Shown: positions 37,146 to 51,169 of the stretch, in pieces
Position numbering within the stretch: the stretch's first letter is position 1
Layout: every line of letters starts with the position of its first letter
Assembly (NCBI RefSeq): GCF_009914755.1
Contig: NC_060935.1
Strand: one strand, 5' to 3'
DNA from: the human T2T-CHM13v2.0 reference genome, Homo sapiens
DNA length: 64,000 bases
The notes under the pieces: model-generated
Database searches by the model: none
What the model was told of the DNA's origin: nothing
The model's input: the letters and a program-made list of their open reading frames with translations, nothing else
Translations under genes and position numbers: made by a program

Positions 37146-38799
37146 ATACAAGTAGTTAAGAAAATAAAAACACAGTGTACCCTATTCCTTTAAAAGCCAA
37201 GGTAAATTTAAAACCTATAATAGATAATTAAAGGTATTCTCTGTAACACTCCAATACCACTTTGTTGTCATTTAAACAAGGGCATATCCCGAAAGCACCG
37301 AGGACTTCCTATCAAAAATCCTTAACCCAGTAACCTGCGGATGGCCCAAATGCATTCAATCTGTAGCAGCAACTGCTTTGCTAACAGAAGAAAGTAGAAA
37401 AATAACTTTTAGAGGAAACGTCATTGTGAGCACACCTCACCAGTTCAGAAGTATCCTAAGAAAAAAAAAAGATGATTTAACATTAACCACTGAAAATTCC
37501 CTTAACCCGGCAGGTTTCCTAATAGGGGATCTAAGTCTTAATTACCATACAAAGGTCCAACCAGACCTAGGAGGAACTCCCTTCAGGACAGGACGATAGA
37601 TGGTTCCTCTCGCATAATTGAAGGAAAAAAAAAAAGCCATCTATACCAATTCTAAGTTAATTTGGACTAAACAACATCTATTAATAGCAACAGATAATTA
37701 AAATCTCAAACTTAAAAGGTTTTCAACAAAAGTAAAGTTTGCTAAAAGTTAACAGTGTAACATGTATTATAGTAACTTCTAATCTTGTGGCCTTAGACAG
37801 TCTAGTTCACAGATATAAAGGAAGTTCGCTTTGGAAAAAAATGGTTATCACCTTCAAAAAAAGGGAGAAAAAAAGGGAAAAAAAATTGGGGGGCAGAATT
37901 TATGTAAAAAGAATGTTATATGGTAAATTCTTGTTCTGAAATAAATTAACTGGTTGTTTAAAGAAAGAAATGTTTGCAATAGAAAATTGAGGCATAGTGT
38001 AGAATTGTCTGCGAAAGTCATGAAAGAGAAAAAAACTTATAAAAAAAGAATTTATGCAAGAAATGCTGTATAATTTAAAAGTAATTAGGCCTCCTGAATG
38101 TAAAACAATTGAAACAGTTTATGTGCAAGGTGTATAAGGAAAGTAAAATATACCTCTGGTAAAAAGATTATAGGGAGGCATAAGAAAGTGGATTTTTATC
38201 TATATTAAAAGGTTAAAAAATTGTTTTAAAGGTTTAAGCAAGTTTTAAAACAATAATTGTAAAGGAAATTCTGTGTGTAAACATATTGGCTAAAGTTAAA
38301 GGAGTATCATCCAGTTTTTCTGTGAACTGGACATTAAAATAAAAGCACAACAGGTTTTTCTTAAAGCACTAACCTGCTCTTTAACAAAAATTATAAAAAA
38401 GGTTAAAAAGAGTCTACAAAAATCTTACCTTATGTCAGACATTAAAAATTGGATAAACATGTCTACAAGGTTTTATTAAAATTAAGTTTAACATTAATAA
38501 CACACTAATATAAAGGTAAAATTTAGCTTATCTGGTGTAAAAATCATACAAGAAGCATTATTAAATATAAAATGGTGTTTGGCTTTCTTTGGTCTAAAAA
38601 CTAATAAAAATAAGTGCTAAAGGAAATTTCTCAGTAAGAAGGCACCAAAGACTATAAAGTCCACTGTTGATGCTCCCACATTTAAAACCAAAGGTCGTTT
38701 TCTTAGAAATTATATACTTGGTTTATCTTCCTCTTTCCTTCCCCTCAAAACTAAAAGTCTTTTAGCACAGGTACCACCCCTAGAATTTTCAGTAAACTA

Positions 38800-40200
38800 A
38801 CACCAGCCTAAAGATCACCTTCCCATCAAAGGGTGGAAAGAAGGAAAACTTGAGCCAGCCTAGAAGGACCCTACCTTGTGCTGCTAACCACCAAGACTGC
38901 TGTTCGTACAGCGAAAAAGGGATGCACTCATCACACCTGAGTCAAAGTGCCACCCCCTCCAGAGTTGTGGGCCACAGTCCCAGGGGAAAACCCTACCAAA
39001 CTAAAGCTAAGAAAAGTTTAACTCTTTCATCTATTCTATTACTCTTTCTTCTTTCCTCGCTCTATTGCTGACCATCTAGTTATTAACATAACCAAGTCAA
39101 TTTCATCTCAAACTATTGCATTTAATGCTTGCCTTGTTATACCCTGTGGGGACTTGCCAAGTCAAGACAGCTCTCTACTTCAGAAAAGTACCTGTGTCCC
39201 TCCTGACTCTCCTCAGACTGGGCATTAGTAAATTGGGATCATTAATCCAGGGAGATTTCAATAAAGACCCCAGTGACAACCAGGAGTCTTGCCCCCTGAT
39301 GTAGAGCTTTTATGCCATAGTCAGTCCAACGTTCTGTGGACCACTAAAGAGCAAGGATGGACTGCCCCAACTGGTTTTTGTAATTTCCTAAAATCATACA
39401 TTCATTTTACTAGAGGATTATAGAAGTTAAAGACTTAGGGGAAACTTTGGCCATTAAGACAGGATACCAAGGTGCAAATGCCTGGTTGGAATGGATCAAA
39501 TATTCTGTCTACATGTTAAACAAAAGCAATTGTTATGCTTGTGCACATGGCAGGCAAGAGGTCCAGATTGTCCCCCTTTCCACTAAGCTGGTCCTCCAGT
39601 TGACCAGGCGTGGGCTGCATGGTAGCTTTTTTCCAGGATTCTACAGCCTGGAGTAATAAGTCATGCCAAGCTCTCTCTGCTATATCCCAAAGTCCGGCAC
39701 CCTGAGGGTCAGACCCCGAGGGCCATCTAGCTTCCGTCTTCCAACACTAAGTTCACTTCGTGTCTCTCATGACAGGGAGGAAACTTAGTGTTCCTTGGAG
39801 ATCTGAAGGGATGCAGTGAGCTTAAGAATTCTCAAGAGCTTATCAATCAGTCAGCCCTTGTTCATCCCCGAGTGGATGTGTGGTGGTATTGTGGTGGACC
39901 TTTACTGGGCACTCTGCCAAATAACTGGAGTGGCACTTCTGCTTTAGTCTGATTGGCTATCCCTTTCACCCTGGCATTTCATCAACCAGAGGGAGGAAAA
40001 ATAAGACATCATAAAGCAAGTGAAGCCCCTTATGGGTCTTTGGACTCTCATGTCTATTTAGACACAATTGAAGTCCCATGGGGAAAACCAGATCAATTTG
40101 AAGCCTGAAATCAAATAGCTGCAAGATTTGAGTCAATATTTTGGTAGGTGACAGTTAATAAAAATGTAGATTGGATAAACTACATCTATTACAACCAACA
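38800..40200 (+). pseudogene. env: Integrase C-terminal fragment followed by first env remnant
   Basis: PA*EGPYLVLLT (GPY/F motif, ~38856); env-like KTGYQGANAWLEWIKYS..LNKSNCYACAHGR (CXXC); DVWWYCGGPLLGTLPNNWSG. Confidence 0.7.
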
Positions 40201-40790
40201 GCAACGAGCTTTTCATGAGATAAAAGAAAAACTCAGGTTGGCCCCAGCCCTGGGGCTACCTGACCTGACAAAACCTTTTACACTATATGTATCAGAGAGA
40301 GAGAGAGAAAAAAAAAATGGCAGTTAGAGTTTTGACCCAGACCATGGGGCCCTGGCCAAGGCTGATGGCCTACCTCTGTAAACAACAAGACAGGGTTTCT
40401 AAGAGTTGGCCCCAATGTTTGAGGGCCTTGGCAGCGACAGCCCTGCCAGCACAAGAAGCGGATAAGCTAACTCTTGGGCAAAACCTAAACATAAAGGCCC
40501 TCCATGTTGTGCTGACTTTAATAAATACCAAAGGACATCATTGGCTAACGAATGCTAGACTAACTAAATACCAAAGCTTGCTCTGTGAAAACTCCCGCAT
40601 AACTATTGAAGTTTGCAACACCCTGAATCCCACAACCTTGCTCCCGGTATCAGAGAGCCCAGTTGAACATAACTGTGTAGAGGTGTTAGACTCAATTTAT
40701 TCTAGCAGGCCCACCCTCTGAGACCATCCTTGAACATCAGTAGACTGGGAGCTGTACTTGGACGGGAGCAGCTTCGCCAACCCTTGCAAA
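40200..40790 (+). pseudogene. pol: Displaced pol RT-connection / RNase H-start fragment
   Basis: [17 protein letters not shown]; ORF 40287-40721 GPWPRLMAYLCKQ...WPQCLRALAATA...HWLTNARLTKYQSLL; ELYLDGSSF at ~40750. Confidence 0.85.
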
Positions 40791-40862
40791 GTGACTCTGA
40801 AGACGACGACAAGCCCTGCTTCAGTCACACCGGAAGCTGACTGGTCCATGCACAGCCAAAGC

Positions 40863-42213
40863 ATGAGGAACTCATTGCGGGACTCATTTTCCTTAAAATT
40901 TGGACTTGTACAGTAAGGACTTCAACTGACCTTCCGCACACTGAGGATTGTTCCCAGTATATACATCAAGTTACTGAGGCAGGACAAAAGGTTGCTACAG
41001 TCCTATTATTTTATGGTTATTATAAGTGTACCAGGACTCTAAAAGGAACTTATTTGTATAATGCCATATAAGGTATGTAGCCCAGGAAGTGACCAGCCTG
41101 ATGTGTGCTATAACCCACCTGAGCCCCCTATGACTCCCGTTTTTAAAATAAGATTAAAGACTGGCAACTTCTGCGTTCTGAAAAACCTCAGTTATTAGAC
41201 AATATTGTATAGCAAGGGTGAGGAAGGACTTCACCCTTCCTGTGGGAAGACTCAGCTGCATTGGGCAAAAACTGTATAATAGTACTACAAAAACAGCCAC
41301 CTGGTGGAGTTCAAACCACACTGAAAGAAATCTGTTTAGTAAATTTCCAAAGTTGCAAACTGTGTGGACCCACCTGGAGTCCCATGGGGACTAGACAGCC
41401 CCCACTGGATTATACAGGATAAGTGGGCATAGAGCCTATGCCAAGTTACCTGACCAATGGGCAGGTAGTTCTGTTACTGGCACCATTAAACCATCCTTTT
41501 TTCTACTGCCCATAAAAACAGGCGAGCTCCTAGGCTTCCCTGTCTATGCTTCCCAAGAAAAGAGAAGCATAGCTATAGGCGACTGGAAAGATGACGAGTG
41601 GTGCCCTGAAAGAATCATACATTACTATGGGCCTGCCACTTGGGCACAGGATGGCTCATAGGGATACCGAACCCCTATTTATATACTCAACCGAATCATA
41701 TGGTTACAAGCTTAGAAATAATCACTAATAAAACTGTCAGAGCTTTAACTGTTTTAGCCCGGCAAGAAACCCAGATGAGAAATGCTATCTATAAAATAGA
41801 CTAGACCTAGACTACTTGCTAGCAGCTGAAGGAGAGGTCTGTGGAAAGTTTAACCTGACCAATTGCTGTCTGCACATAGATGACCAAGGGCAAGTAGTTG
41901 AAGATATAAAGATATAACAAAGCTGGCACATGTGCCCTTGCAGGTATGGCATGGGCTTAATCCTAGGTCCATGTTTGAAAAATGGTTTCCAGCACTAGGA
42001 GGATTTAAAACTCCTATAATAAGAATTATAATAGTAATAGGAACCTGCTTGTTGCTTCCCTGTGTGCTGCCTTTGCTCCTTCAAGTAATGAGAAGTTTTG
42101 TTACTACCTTAGTCCATCAAAATACTTCAGCAAAAGTGTACTATATGAATCACTATCAATCTGTCTTGCAAGAAGACACGGGTAGTGAGGATGAAAGTGA
42201 GAACTCCCTCTAA
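40863..42213 (+). pseudogene. env: Second env remnant (HERV-E-like), internally deleted
   Basis: Furin-like [48 protein letters not shown] (CX6CC), TM IIIVIGTCLLLPCVLPLLL, ending just before the PPT. Confidence 0.85.
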
Positions 42214-42239
42214 TGGGTGAGGTTCTCAAAGAGGGGGAA

Positions 42240-42706
42240 TAAGGGAGACCACCCCTCATATTGTCTTATGCCCAATTTCTGCCTCCAAATAAAGTAGAAG
42301 TAAAAACTAAAAGGCAGAAGTGAAATCCACAGGCAGACAGCCCAGTACCATGTCCTGGGCCTGGTAGTTAAAGATCGATCCCTGACCTAACCAGTTATGT
42401 TGTCTGTATGAATCTGTAGATTCCAGACACTATGGAAAAGCACTGTGAAAATCCCTGTCCTGTTCTCTTCCGTTCTGATTACCAGTGCATGCAGCCCCCA
42501 GTCACATACCCCCTGCTTGCTCAGTCAATCACGACCCTCTCACATGGACCCCTGTAGAGTTGTAAGCCCTTAAAAGGGACAGGAATTGCTCACTCAGGGA
42601 GCTTGGCTTTTGAGATGCAAGTCCACTGAAGTTCCTGGCTGAATAAAGCTCCTTCCTTCTTTAACCAGGTGTCTGAGGAGTTTTGTCTGTGGCTCATCCT
42701 GCTACA
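42240..42706 (+). repeat. 3' LTR (LTR2-like)
   Basis: About 91% identical to 35635-36095 by manual alignment (~39 substitutions plus a few indels). Confidence 0.92.
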
Positions 42707-43318
42707 CTTTGACTGGCTATCTCCTTGGTACCTGGTCATAGCTCTTAACTGGGGACCACATTGTTCCCAATGCAGTTACCTCCCCTTACAGAATCACCAG
42801 TCAGCATCATCAACTACTCTCCATGTCTGCCCCACAGGATGCAGAAATTCTGGAACCGTTTCCACACCACATAGGATTTAGGGAGGTTTTAATTATATTA
42901 TACTTTTTTTTTTTTTTATTTTGCTTTGGCTGCTTAACAAAGTTTGAGTCCTCGAACTTCTCTTGCTATTCTCCATTCACTCCTTAGGTTATCTTATTCA
43001 GTACTACAGCTTTAAATATCATCTATAAATGAATGACTCCCAAACCTAGATTCATATCGCAGACCTTTCTGCTAAACGCTAGACTCAGATACCAACTGCC
43101 TACTCAACAGCCCTGCTTAGGTGTCTAACAGGCCTCTCAAACATAAATGTCTAAAATGGAATGCCTTATCTTCTCCACAAATCTACTTCTTTTCCAGTCT
43201 TCTACAACTCGGTAAGTGGTGCCTGTGCTTTTTTAGATACAGGAGCCCTAATACCTGATCATTATCCATGACTTTCTCACACCCACATTCAATCCATTAG
43301 AAAATCCTTGTGGCTTTC

Positions 43319-43681
43319 TGACACGATTTTGCTGTGTCCCCAACCAAATCTCATCTTGAATTGTATCTCCTTTAATTCCCATGTATTGTGAGAGGGACCT
43401 GGTGGGAGATAACTGAGCCATGGGGGCGGTTTTCCCCATGCTGCTCTTGTGGTAGAGAATAAGTCTCATGAGATCTGATGGTTTTATAAGGGGTTTCCCA
43501 TTTGCTTGGCTTTCATTTTCTCTCTTGCCTGCTGCCATATAAAATGTGCCTTTTACCTTCCACCATGATTGTGAGTCCTCCCCAGCCACATGGAACTATG
43601 AGTCCATGAAACCTCTTTTCCTTTATAAATTACCCAGTCTTGGGTATGGCTTTATCAGTAGCGTGAAAACGGACTAACACA
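43319..43681 (+). mobile_element. THE1 (MaLR) solo LTR
   Basis: TGACACGATTTTGCTGTGTCCCCAACCAAATCTCATCTTGAATTG...GAAAACGGACTAACACA; TSD CTTTC / CTCTC. Confidence 0.92.
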
Positions 43682-44012
43682 CTCTCTTTCAAAATTCATC
43701 CAGATTCTGTATTTCTTACCACCTTTCTCACCCTGGGCCACGACACCATCCCCTCTCTTCTGGATTAGCTTCCTTATCTCAACCCTTGACATAAAATCTA
43801 CCTTCAACATAGCCTCCAAAGGGATTTTTAAAAATGCACGATTATCTTCTGTTAAACATTTTCCAAAGGCATTTGCTATTTCCTATGCCTGATACCCTCT
43901 TCCCTCAGATATCCACATGGCTCATCCCTCATTCCTTTAGCTCTCTACTCAAGTATCGCCTTCCAGTGGGGCTTTCCCTGATCTTTTAACAGTCATCTTA
44001 AAAGGCAATACC

Positions 44013-44313
<301 letters not shown>

Positions 44314-44959
44314 TATGCAACACCCACCCCCAACAATGGAAACTCCCTGCCCCATTTTCCTGCTTTACTTCTCTGTAGTACTTATATTCCCACATGTATG
44401 CATTTATATATTTGTTATCCCATTTTCTCAATTGGAAAGAAAAGCTTATAAGTTTAGTAACTTGATTCTGCTAATTACTTTATCCCCCGTGTCTAGAAAG
44501 GTTCCTGGCATGTAGTGGGTACTCCATTAATTTGGGATATAATGTCTATTATATAGCTTACATCAGAATATAAGAAAAGTTCAAGAACCTTTTCAGCATA
44601 GCTTTGCTTCAGTTCCCTAATCTGGTTTCTCTGTTTGACGGCACCAGCAAAATTATTTTATGTCTCCCAGTGATCTGTTGGGGGATTCTGTCCTTCTGTC
44701 TTCTACCTTATGGTCTATGGGTTTATCTGTTTACCATCTAATTTGTGAGGGAAGTAGGATGGTACCTTAATGTTGAAAATCCAGCATTATGAAATTTGGT
44801 ATTATTATAAAGATTTGACTAAAATTTATGTTTCGGACAATTCTCAATTTTTTTTTTACAAAGATACTCAGCTATAACTGAGGTGTAAGAGGACATAGTT
44901 TGTTACATGTAGGCACAGATTTTGGGGAAAGAAATGGGAGGTAATTATACTACCAATAA

Positions 44960-45170
44960 TGTTAAAAGCCACTATTTATTTAGTGTCAAACTTGTGCCAA
45001 AAACTATGTGTACTACCTTCACAACAGCCCTAGAAAATAGATATTGCTACTTCTGGTTTACAAATGAGAAAACCAGAGCCTGTCATTAACAACTTGATCC
45101 AAAGTCATGAGTTTAATGAGGGGCTGAGCTAGGGTTGTTGACTCTAAATTCTTTCCACTATACTGTGCTG
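44960..45170 (-). mobile_element. MIR fragment
   Basis: TCACAACAGCCCTAG...TTTACAAATGAGAAAACCAGAG...AACTTGATCCAAAGTCA. Confidence 0.6.
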
Positions 45171-48100
45171 TATTCACAGTAGTCTCCAAAAAGATACTGG
45201 CAGCCTACTTGTTTTTGAAAACTCTTTGAAATGCTGTTTTAAAATGATCTTAGGCGCCTTTTAAAGAAACATAGCAGGATAGCTTCTTATATTGTAAACT
45301 AACCGAGCCCACAATTTTTGTGACTATGCATGTCATCAAGCTTATTTGTTTAAGATTACATGCTGGCTAATGATTATATTGCTTTGCCAGTTTCCATGAT
45401 TATAGAGAGATTTTTCATCTGGAACAGTGGAGGTGGCCTTTGACAGTGCAGAGGAGTGAGAGTGGACAACACAGTACATCACAATGGTAAGTATGTGACC
45501 TGCCTCCACCCTGAGCTTCTGCAGAAGCAGCAGGACAATGAAAGGAGAAGAAAGGTAATTACCTACATATGAGTGATGACTGCTGAAAACCATCTTCCCC
45601 ACAGTGGTTAGACCCTGGGTTTTATGGTCTTAACATTAGCACAGCAGGACCTAATGCTGATAGCCTGGAGCGGGGAAAGCTACATCTTTCACTTTGGTGC
45701 TCTGCCTCTATGGTGTTTCTCATCGCCCTGCTGTGTTTCTTAAAGGTCTCAGGGCAGTCGTCCATCAGGGGTGACATCGATCATGCCCACTCATAACTTA
45801 GGCTTGTTACCTCAAGTCACATTGCATTGCTTCTCTGAAAGCACATAAATCCTTTATCCCTTTTTCAGGAATTCTGTTCGCCTACTTCTGTGATTTCATA
45901 CACGGCAACACTTTGGTAAAGGTAGGCTGCTCTTTCCTAAGGCTGCAGGTTCATGCCTGTCAAACCTGGGCTAGAAAGAAAATATGCCCTGTAAATCGCT
46001 CTGTGCAGTGATTTGAAAATAATGATGTGACTCATTAGTATTCACAGGTAGAAAATGGAACCTGCTGTTTGTGTTCAGTTATTAAACAGTGTAGATGTCT
46101 TCCTGTAAAAAAGGTGGAAGTGGCCTCTACAATCATTTTCAGGTGTAAAATTCCTGCACACTACATCCTTTCCTAATTAATGTCAGTTGTACATTCTGCA
46201 TTATATTCCCCTAGCACTTCTGGGCTGTGGATGTATTTATTATCATATCGTTTGAGAAGGAGGGCAGTGATTGACAACGATTCTCTTTACAAATCCCAAG
46301 TGGTGTGTAATTTGGTTTTCTAACTGTGCATGTTTGCACAATCTGCTTCCTACTCCAGCTAGATTACTATGAGTTGAAAATGCTCATCAGTGTGGAATTA
46401 TATTTCTCAATATCTTGAGTCTGTTGTATGACTCGAGTGAGGACAAAATTTGAACATTCTAAGTATTAGGGGGCTCCCAAGTGTATCAACAGGTGATCAG
46501 AATGCACTATCATAGCTGCTACAGTAGATATACCAAGGAGGGCAGTGGAAGCACAGGTGCAAGCCAATAGAAGCTTCACTGAGAAAAATAGCACTTGAGT
46601 TGGGTCCTGAAGGATGGACAGGAGTTTGACAAGCAACAGGGAGAAGGACATTTTAGACTTCATAAATATGGAAAATCTTGGAACAGCAAGGCCTACTTGA
46701 AAAATGGCAGTTATAGCAATTACGTTATCTTTCTTATGTTATTCCCTCCCTAGTTGAAGCCTTTTGTTCCTTGAGTTATATGGAATTTAATATGTCTACT
46801 TAAATCCTAATGATAGGTTCACGGTCTTATGGTAGGGTGAGTACTAGGACAGAGGGAGCCATGAGGCTTACAAAGTGCAAGAGGTTTGAGTTTTAGGAAG
46901 GCTTCTCTCCTTGCTCTGTGACTCAGTTTCCTCATTTACAAAACAAAGACATCAACTGCCCCTGGTCTAAAGGTAACTGAGTGAAATATGACAGGCATCC
47001 ACAGTCAGTAGATGAATTCTCCTCCTTGGGGGCTCATGAATGTTTCTGGTGGAGGCAGACAGAGGTGATGTGGAGCCCCTCTGAGATGTACAAGTCCAAC
47101 ATCACCAATGTGCACTTTGGAGTTATACTCACATGGGTACCTCAAGGCGTTGGGAAACTAAAACGTACCTCTCACAAAAATGTTGGGCACCCCCACATAT
47201 GGAAAATGCTTGAAGTCTCTTGTTAGTCTAGGATATGCATATTATTCCTTACATATACTATCAGAGGATTTGGGGTGACTAATTTTAGGAAAAAAACTAC
47301 CAGGAAAATACACTCATAAGTCTTCAGAGCATCTTTCAAACTAATAATCTGTGAGCTGTTATTAGCAAATTTTATATTCAAGAATAAGAACAATTCTCTA
47401 GAGGGGAAGAACAAGCCCTCACTGCAGTGGCAGAAGAGGAAGCTGAGCAGAAAGAACAAAACTGTGAAGGCTTCTTTCCTGGGATCCAGCTGTGAGTTTA
47501 GCTTTTCCCTGGATTTTCTACGACACTGGTATAGAGACTGACATTTTCCATGCCATAAGTAATTAAAGTATTCCAAAAGCTCTAAAAAGGTAACTCATAG
47601 AGACCCATGGGTCCTCAACAATGCTCCTGAACACAGACTCTAAGGAAACAAGGAGCCTGAAACCCCTTCATTAAACCAGGAAGATAGGACAGAAAAGAAT
47701 CCTTCCTTCTTCCCTTCTCCTTAAACATTTCAAAGTGCTGAGCTTTGCATGTCACACAAGAAGACAGCCTAAGGCTCACTCTCGAAGGAAAGACTCATTT
47801 CTTTTCTGGCTCCCGTGGTGCTGTGGATAGTTCTCAACCTGGACAAAGGAAGGTGTTAAGTGGGCTGAGCTCTCTGCCTTCCTTTTCTCTGCAAAGAGAA
47901 GGCAAGGCCTTACTTTCTTCCTTGGATGAGAGGCAACATAAATTGATCACACAACTATTGAAGAAGAAAAAATAGTAAGAAAAAAATAACTAATTTACCT
48001 GATTTATGAAGGTCATTAACAACCTACTAGGATGTTCTGATTCAGTTGAGACAGTAAATTTTATGTGACAAAGATGACAATTGAGAAAAAGTGACTGAGA

Positions 48101-49359
48101 GAATGCAAATGAAGAAACATTTTGTTTTTCCCTTGCCCTCACATTACATCTTCCTTACTTCTTACTATGAAAATTCCTACCCTTTTCTATCACATATACC
48201 TGGACTCTTTTCCAGATTGAACCTAAGTCATGCTATCTTGTCCTTCATTTGGACTGATGGGCCTAACTCAGTGCTCTTGGCAGTCTTGTGGTTTGGATTT
48301 TCAATTTTCTCACTGTAGCTAATAGTCTCTTTTATAGGCTGGCCAAAGCATTCACTTTGAGATTCGATAGAATCTTCCAAATTGGAAGATAACAATATGC
48401 TTGGTGTTGGCTCCTTTAACTGAAAATGAGAAAAATCATGCAGACATTGCAAGGCTAAAGGTTGTTTATCTCCATATTATAATTTCATTCTTTCTTTTTT
48501 TTTCAGATACAGCATGACTAAGCCTGCAAATTGTAAGGGATCTCAGTGATCACCTATTCTAATGTTTCACAGAGTACACAGTATGATTCTAGACTGTACA
48601 TGAAATAATTATTTTTTAACTTTAAAAATTATAAATAGGCAAACATTTATTTTTGTATGCATTACAAAAAATGTTGAATAGTACAAGAAAAGCATGATTT
48701 CAAGGATATTATTATATAGGGTGAATATACACATGGATATGGCAATAGTTGTAAGGGTTTTATGGGTGGCTAAAGCTTGGAAAGCACTGACCTACCTACA
48801 TTTTTCTTTCAACAGCTGGGACAACTGAGACCCAGGAGACAAATGATTAGGTCAAGGTCATTCAGTGAATCTCTTGTAAATCTGGGGCTTAAGCCAGGAT
48901 TTGGGACTCTTAATTCATTCATCGTATTCTCTTTTTTCACAAATGTGTAACATTGTTCTTTGCATACTCACATATCAACAGTTTTTTTATATTGCTAAAT
49001 CATGCATTTAATTTCTATGTATTAGATATAAAATTTTAATTTGGGAAAAAACATTTAACAGGATAGTTAATGAATACAGAAAAGTGGTTTTAAAGGTAGT
49101 GCCTGTTGGGCTTGGCTGTAAAATCTGAGATTGTATATCAGCTGTCAGCCTTTCATGTCTTCAGCATGCAAAGCATGCCTGCCATTCTCTTTGGATTGTA
49201 TTCCATAGTTAAGCAAGAGCAGGAAACTTTAAAGACCTAATTGAGATACCACAATGGGATCTGTTTTCGATGAAATCATATCTGTCATCCACTTATTCTG
49301 ACTATTCAGTCTTTTTCTTCCATAATTTTGAAACTTATGTCCCTGCTACAATGGACCAC

Positions 49360-49742
49360 CGTATTAGTTCATTCTCACACAGCTATAAAAAACTACCTGA
49401 GAATGGGTATTAAGAAAAGAGGTTGAATTGACTCACAGTTCCACAGGCTATATGGGAAGCATGGTTGGAAGGACTCAGGAAACTTACAGTCATGGCAGAA
49501 GGGTGAAGGGGAAGCAAGCACCTTCTCCACGTGTCGGAGTAGGAGGAAGACAGACCGCGAAGGGGGAGGTGCTACATACTTTTTAACAACCAGATCTCAT
49601 GAGAACTTACTCACTATCATGAGACCAGCAAGGGGGAAATTTGCCCCATGATCCAATCACCTCCCATCAGGTCCCTCCCCCAACACTGGGGATTAAAGTT
49701 CAACATGAGATTTGGGTGGGCACACAGTGCCAAACCACATTA
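49360..49742 (-). mobile_element. MSTA-type (MaLR) solo LTR
   Basis: (C)GTATTAGTTCATTCTCACAC...CAAACCACATTA; perfect TSD ACCAC (49355-49359 / 49743-49747). Confidence 0.9.
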
Positions 49743-49754
49743 ACCACTAACAAC

Positions 49755-49975
49755 AGTAATCATAGCTACCGCTCATTAAGTTCTTTTTGCCAAGTGCTAT
49801 TCTAAGTACTTTTTACTTATCTAAGCCTCATAAGAACCCCATAAGATAGGTCCTATTATTATATCCAATTTAAAAATCAGAAAACTGAGGCACACAGAGG
49901 TTAATCAACTTGTACAATGTTAGAGAACTAGTCAGAGAGTTTTATCCCAGGGAGTCTGCTCCAAGGTTGTTGCAG
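49755..49975 (-). mobile_element. MIR
   Basis: GCCAAGTGCTATTCTAAGTAC...AGAAAACTGAGGCACACAGAGGTTAATCAACTTG. Confidence 0.75.
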
Positions 49976-50319
49976 TAACCTTGTCTCAAGTCTTTTTAAG
50001 ATTTCTCTATAAATTTTTATTAGCTTGTATACTGCGATAGCACTGAAAACTCATTGTAGTATGTGTATAATTGGATGATAAAACTTGTTTAAAAACAGCT
50101 TTGTTTTTCTAATCTTCATGTTGTGTATAAAAATACTGTCACACATAATTTGACAAAATCCCTTAAAGAGGATTATAGAGGGCTGGAAATTGGCAGGATA
50201 ATTAAAATGAATTTTAGGCAAATTAATTTGAAAACTAGAGAAAGTAGAAAAGATGAGGTAAGGAAGTGCAATGAGAATGGTGATTCAGAATGAAGATAAC
50301 AATAATAGCATTTAACAAT

Positions 50320-50570
50320 GGTAATAATAATTGTATCAGCTACAATGAGTTGAGAACTTAATATATGCCTAACACTGTGTTACATACTTATTTGTATATT
50401 GTCTAAATTCTTAGAACAACCCTTTGAGGTATTTATCATCACTCTAATTTTACAGGTGAAGAAACAGACTCAAAGAGGTTACATTATGTGTTGCTGTGAT
50501 CTAGCAAGTGATAGCAGAGCTGCGGTTTAAACTCAGGCCCAGCTGTGACATTCTATACTTTTCCATTCCT
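50320..50570 (-). mobile_element. MIR
   Basis: AACAACCCTTTGAGGTA...TTTTACAGGTGAAGAAACAGACTCAAAGAGGTTA. Confidence 0.75.
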
Positions 50571-51121
50571 GGGAGCTCATAGAACTCAGACACCTGATAT
50601 GTAATGCAATGTTTTTTGTTCTATTTTTAGCTTGAGTTATGAGTCAAGAACACACTGAATATTTTTCCTGCTTGGATGAGCCTCCATTCTCCAAGTTAGT
50701 TAGCAGGGTTAAAGAGAAGTTTGGGGGCATCTCAGCAAGAATTGCTTTCAAAAACCTCTTAAGCGGCTCCATCTCAACATTTATAGTAACACTTTAATTT
50801 TGATTTTGACTTTCTGATCCCTCAAAAGTATTCATCTACCTCTATTAATCACATTATTTATGAGAGAGATATAGGTCTGGGTATCCGTTGACCTATTCAA
50901 GAATCTAGTATTGTGGATTTGCCATTACAGAGGCATCCCAGGAGAAAATGGTCCATAGGCTACAAAGGCTCTTCTCAAAAGGGTGTTCTAAAACTGTCAA
51001 GGGCAGCCTTTATGGAATGAGTTTATAACCTTCTAGGGTGACAATTTTGAAAGCAACATACTAATTTGGATATCTGACTCATTTGGTCAAAAAAAGTCCA
51101 CAAATTTAATGTACAAAACTT

Positions 51122-51124
<3 letters not shown>

Positions 51125-51167
<43 letters not shown>
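51125..51167. repeat. (CA)n microsatellite
   Basis: About 21 perfect AC units. Confidence 0.95.

Positions 51168-51169
<2 letters not shown>

Larger units (their letters stand above)
35635..42706 (+). mobile_element. Harlequin-type (LTR2 / HERV-E-related) mosaic provirus with both LTRs
   Basis: Two ~460-bp LTRs, tRNA-Glu PBS, PPT AAAGAGGGGGAA (42228-42239), perfect 4-bp TSD CTTT (35631-35634 / 42707-42710); interior is a patchwork of gag, pol and env pieces. Confidence 0.9.

Noticed and set aside
40287-40721. 144-aa pol ORF as a functional gene
   Set aside because: Isolated RT-connection fragment with no catalytic domain; opened by a GA/A slippage tract.
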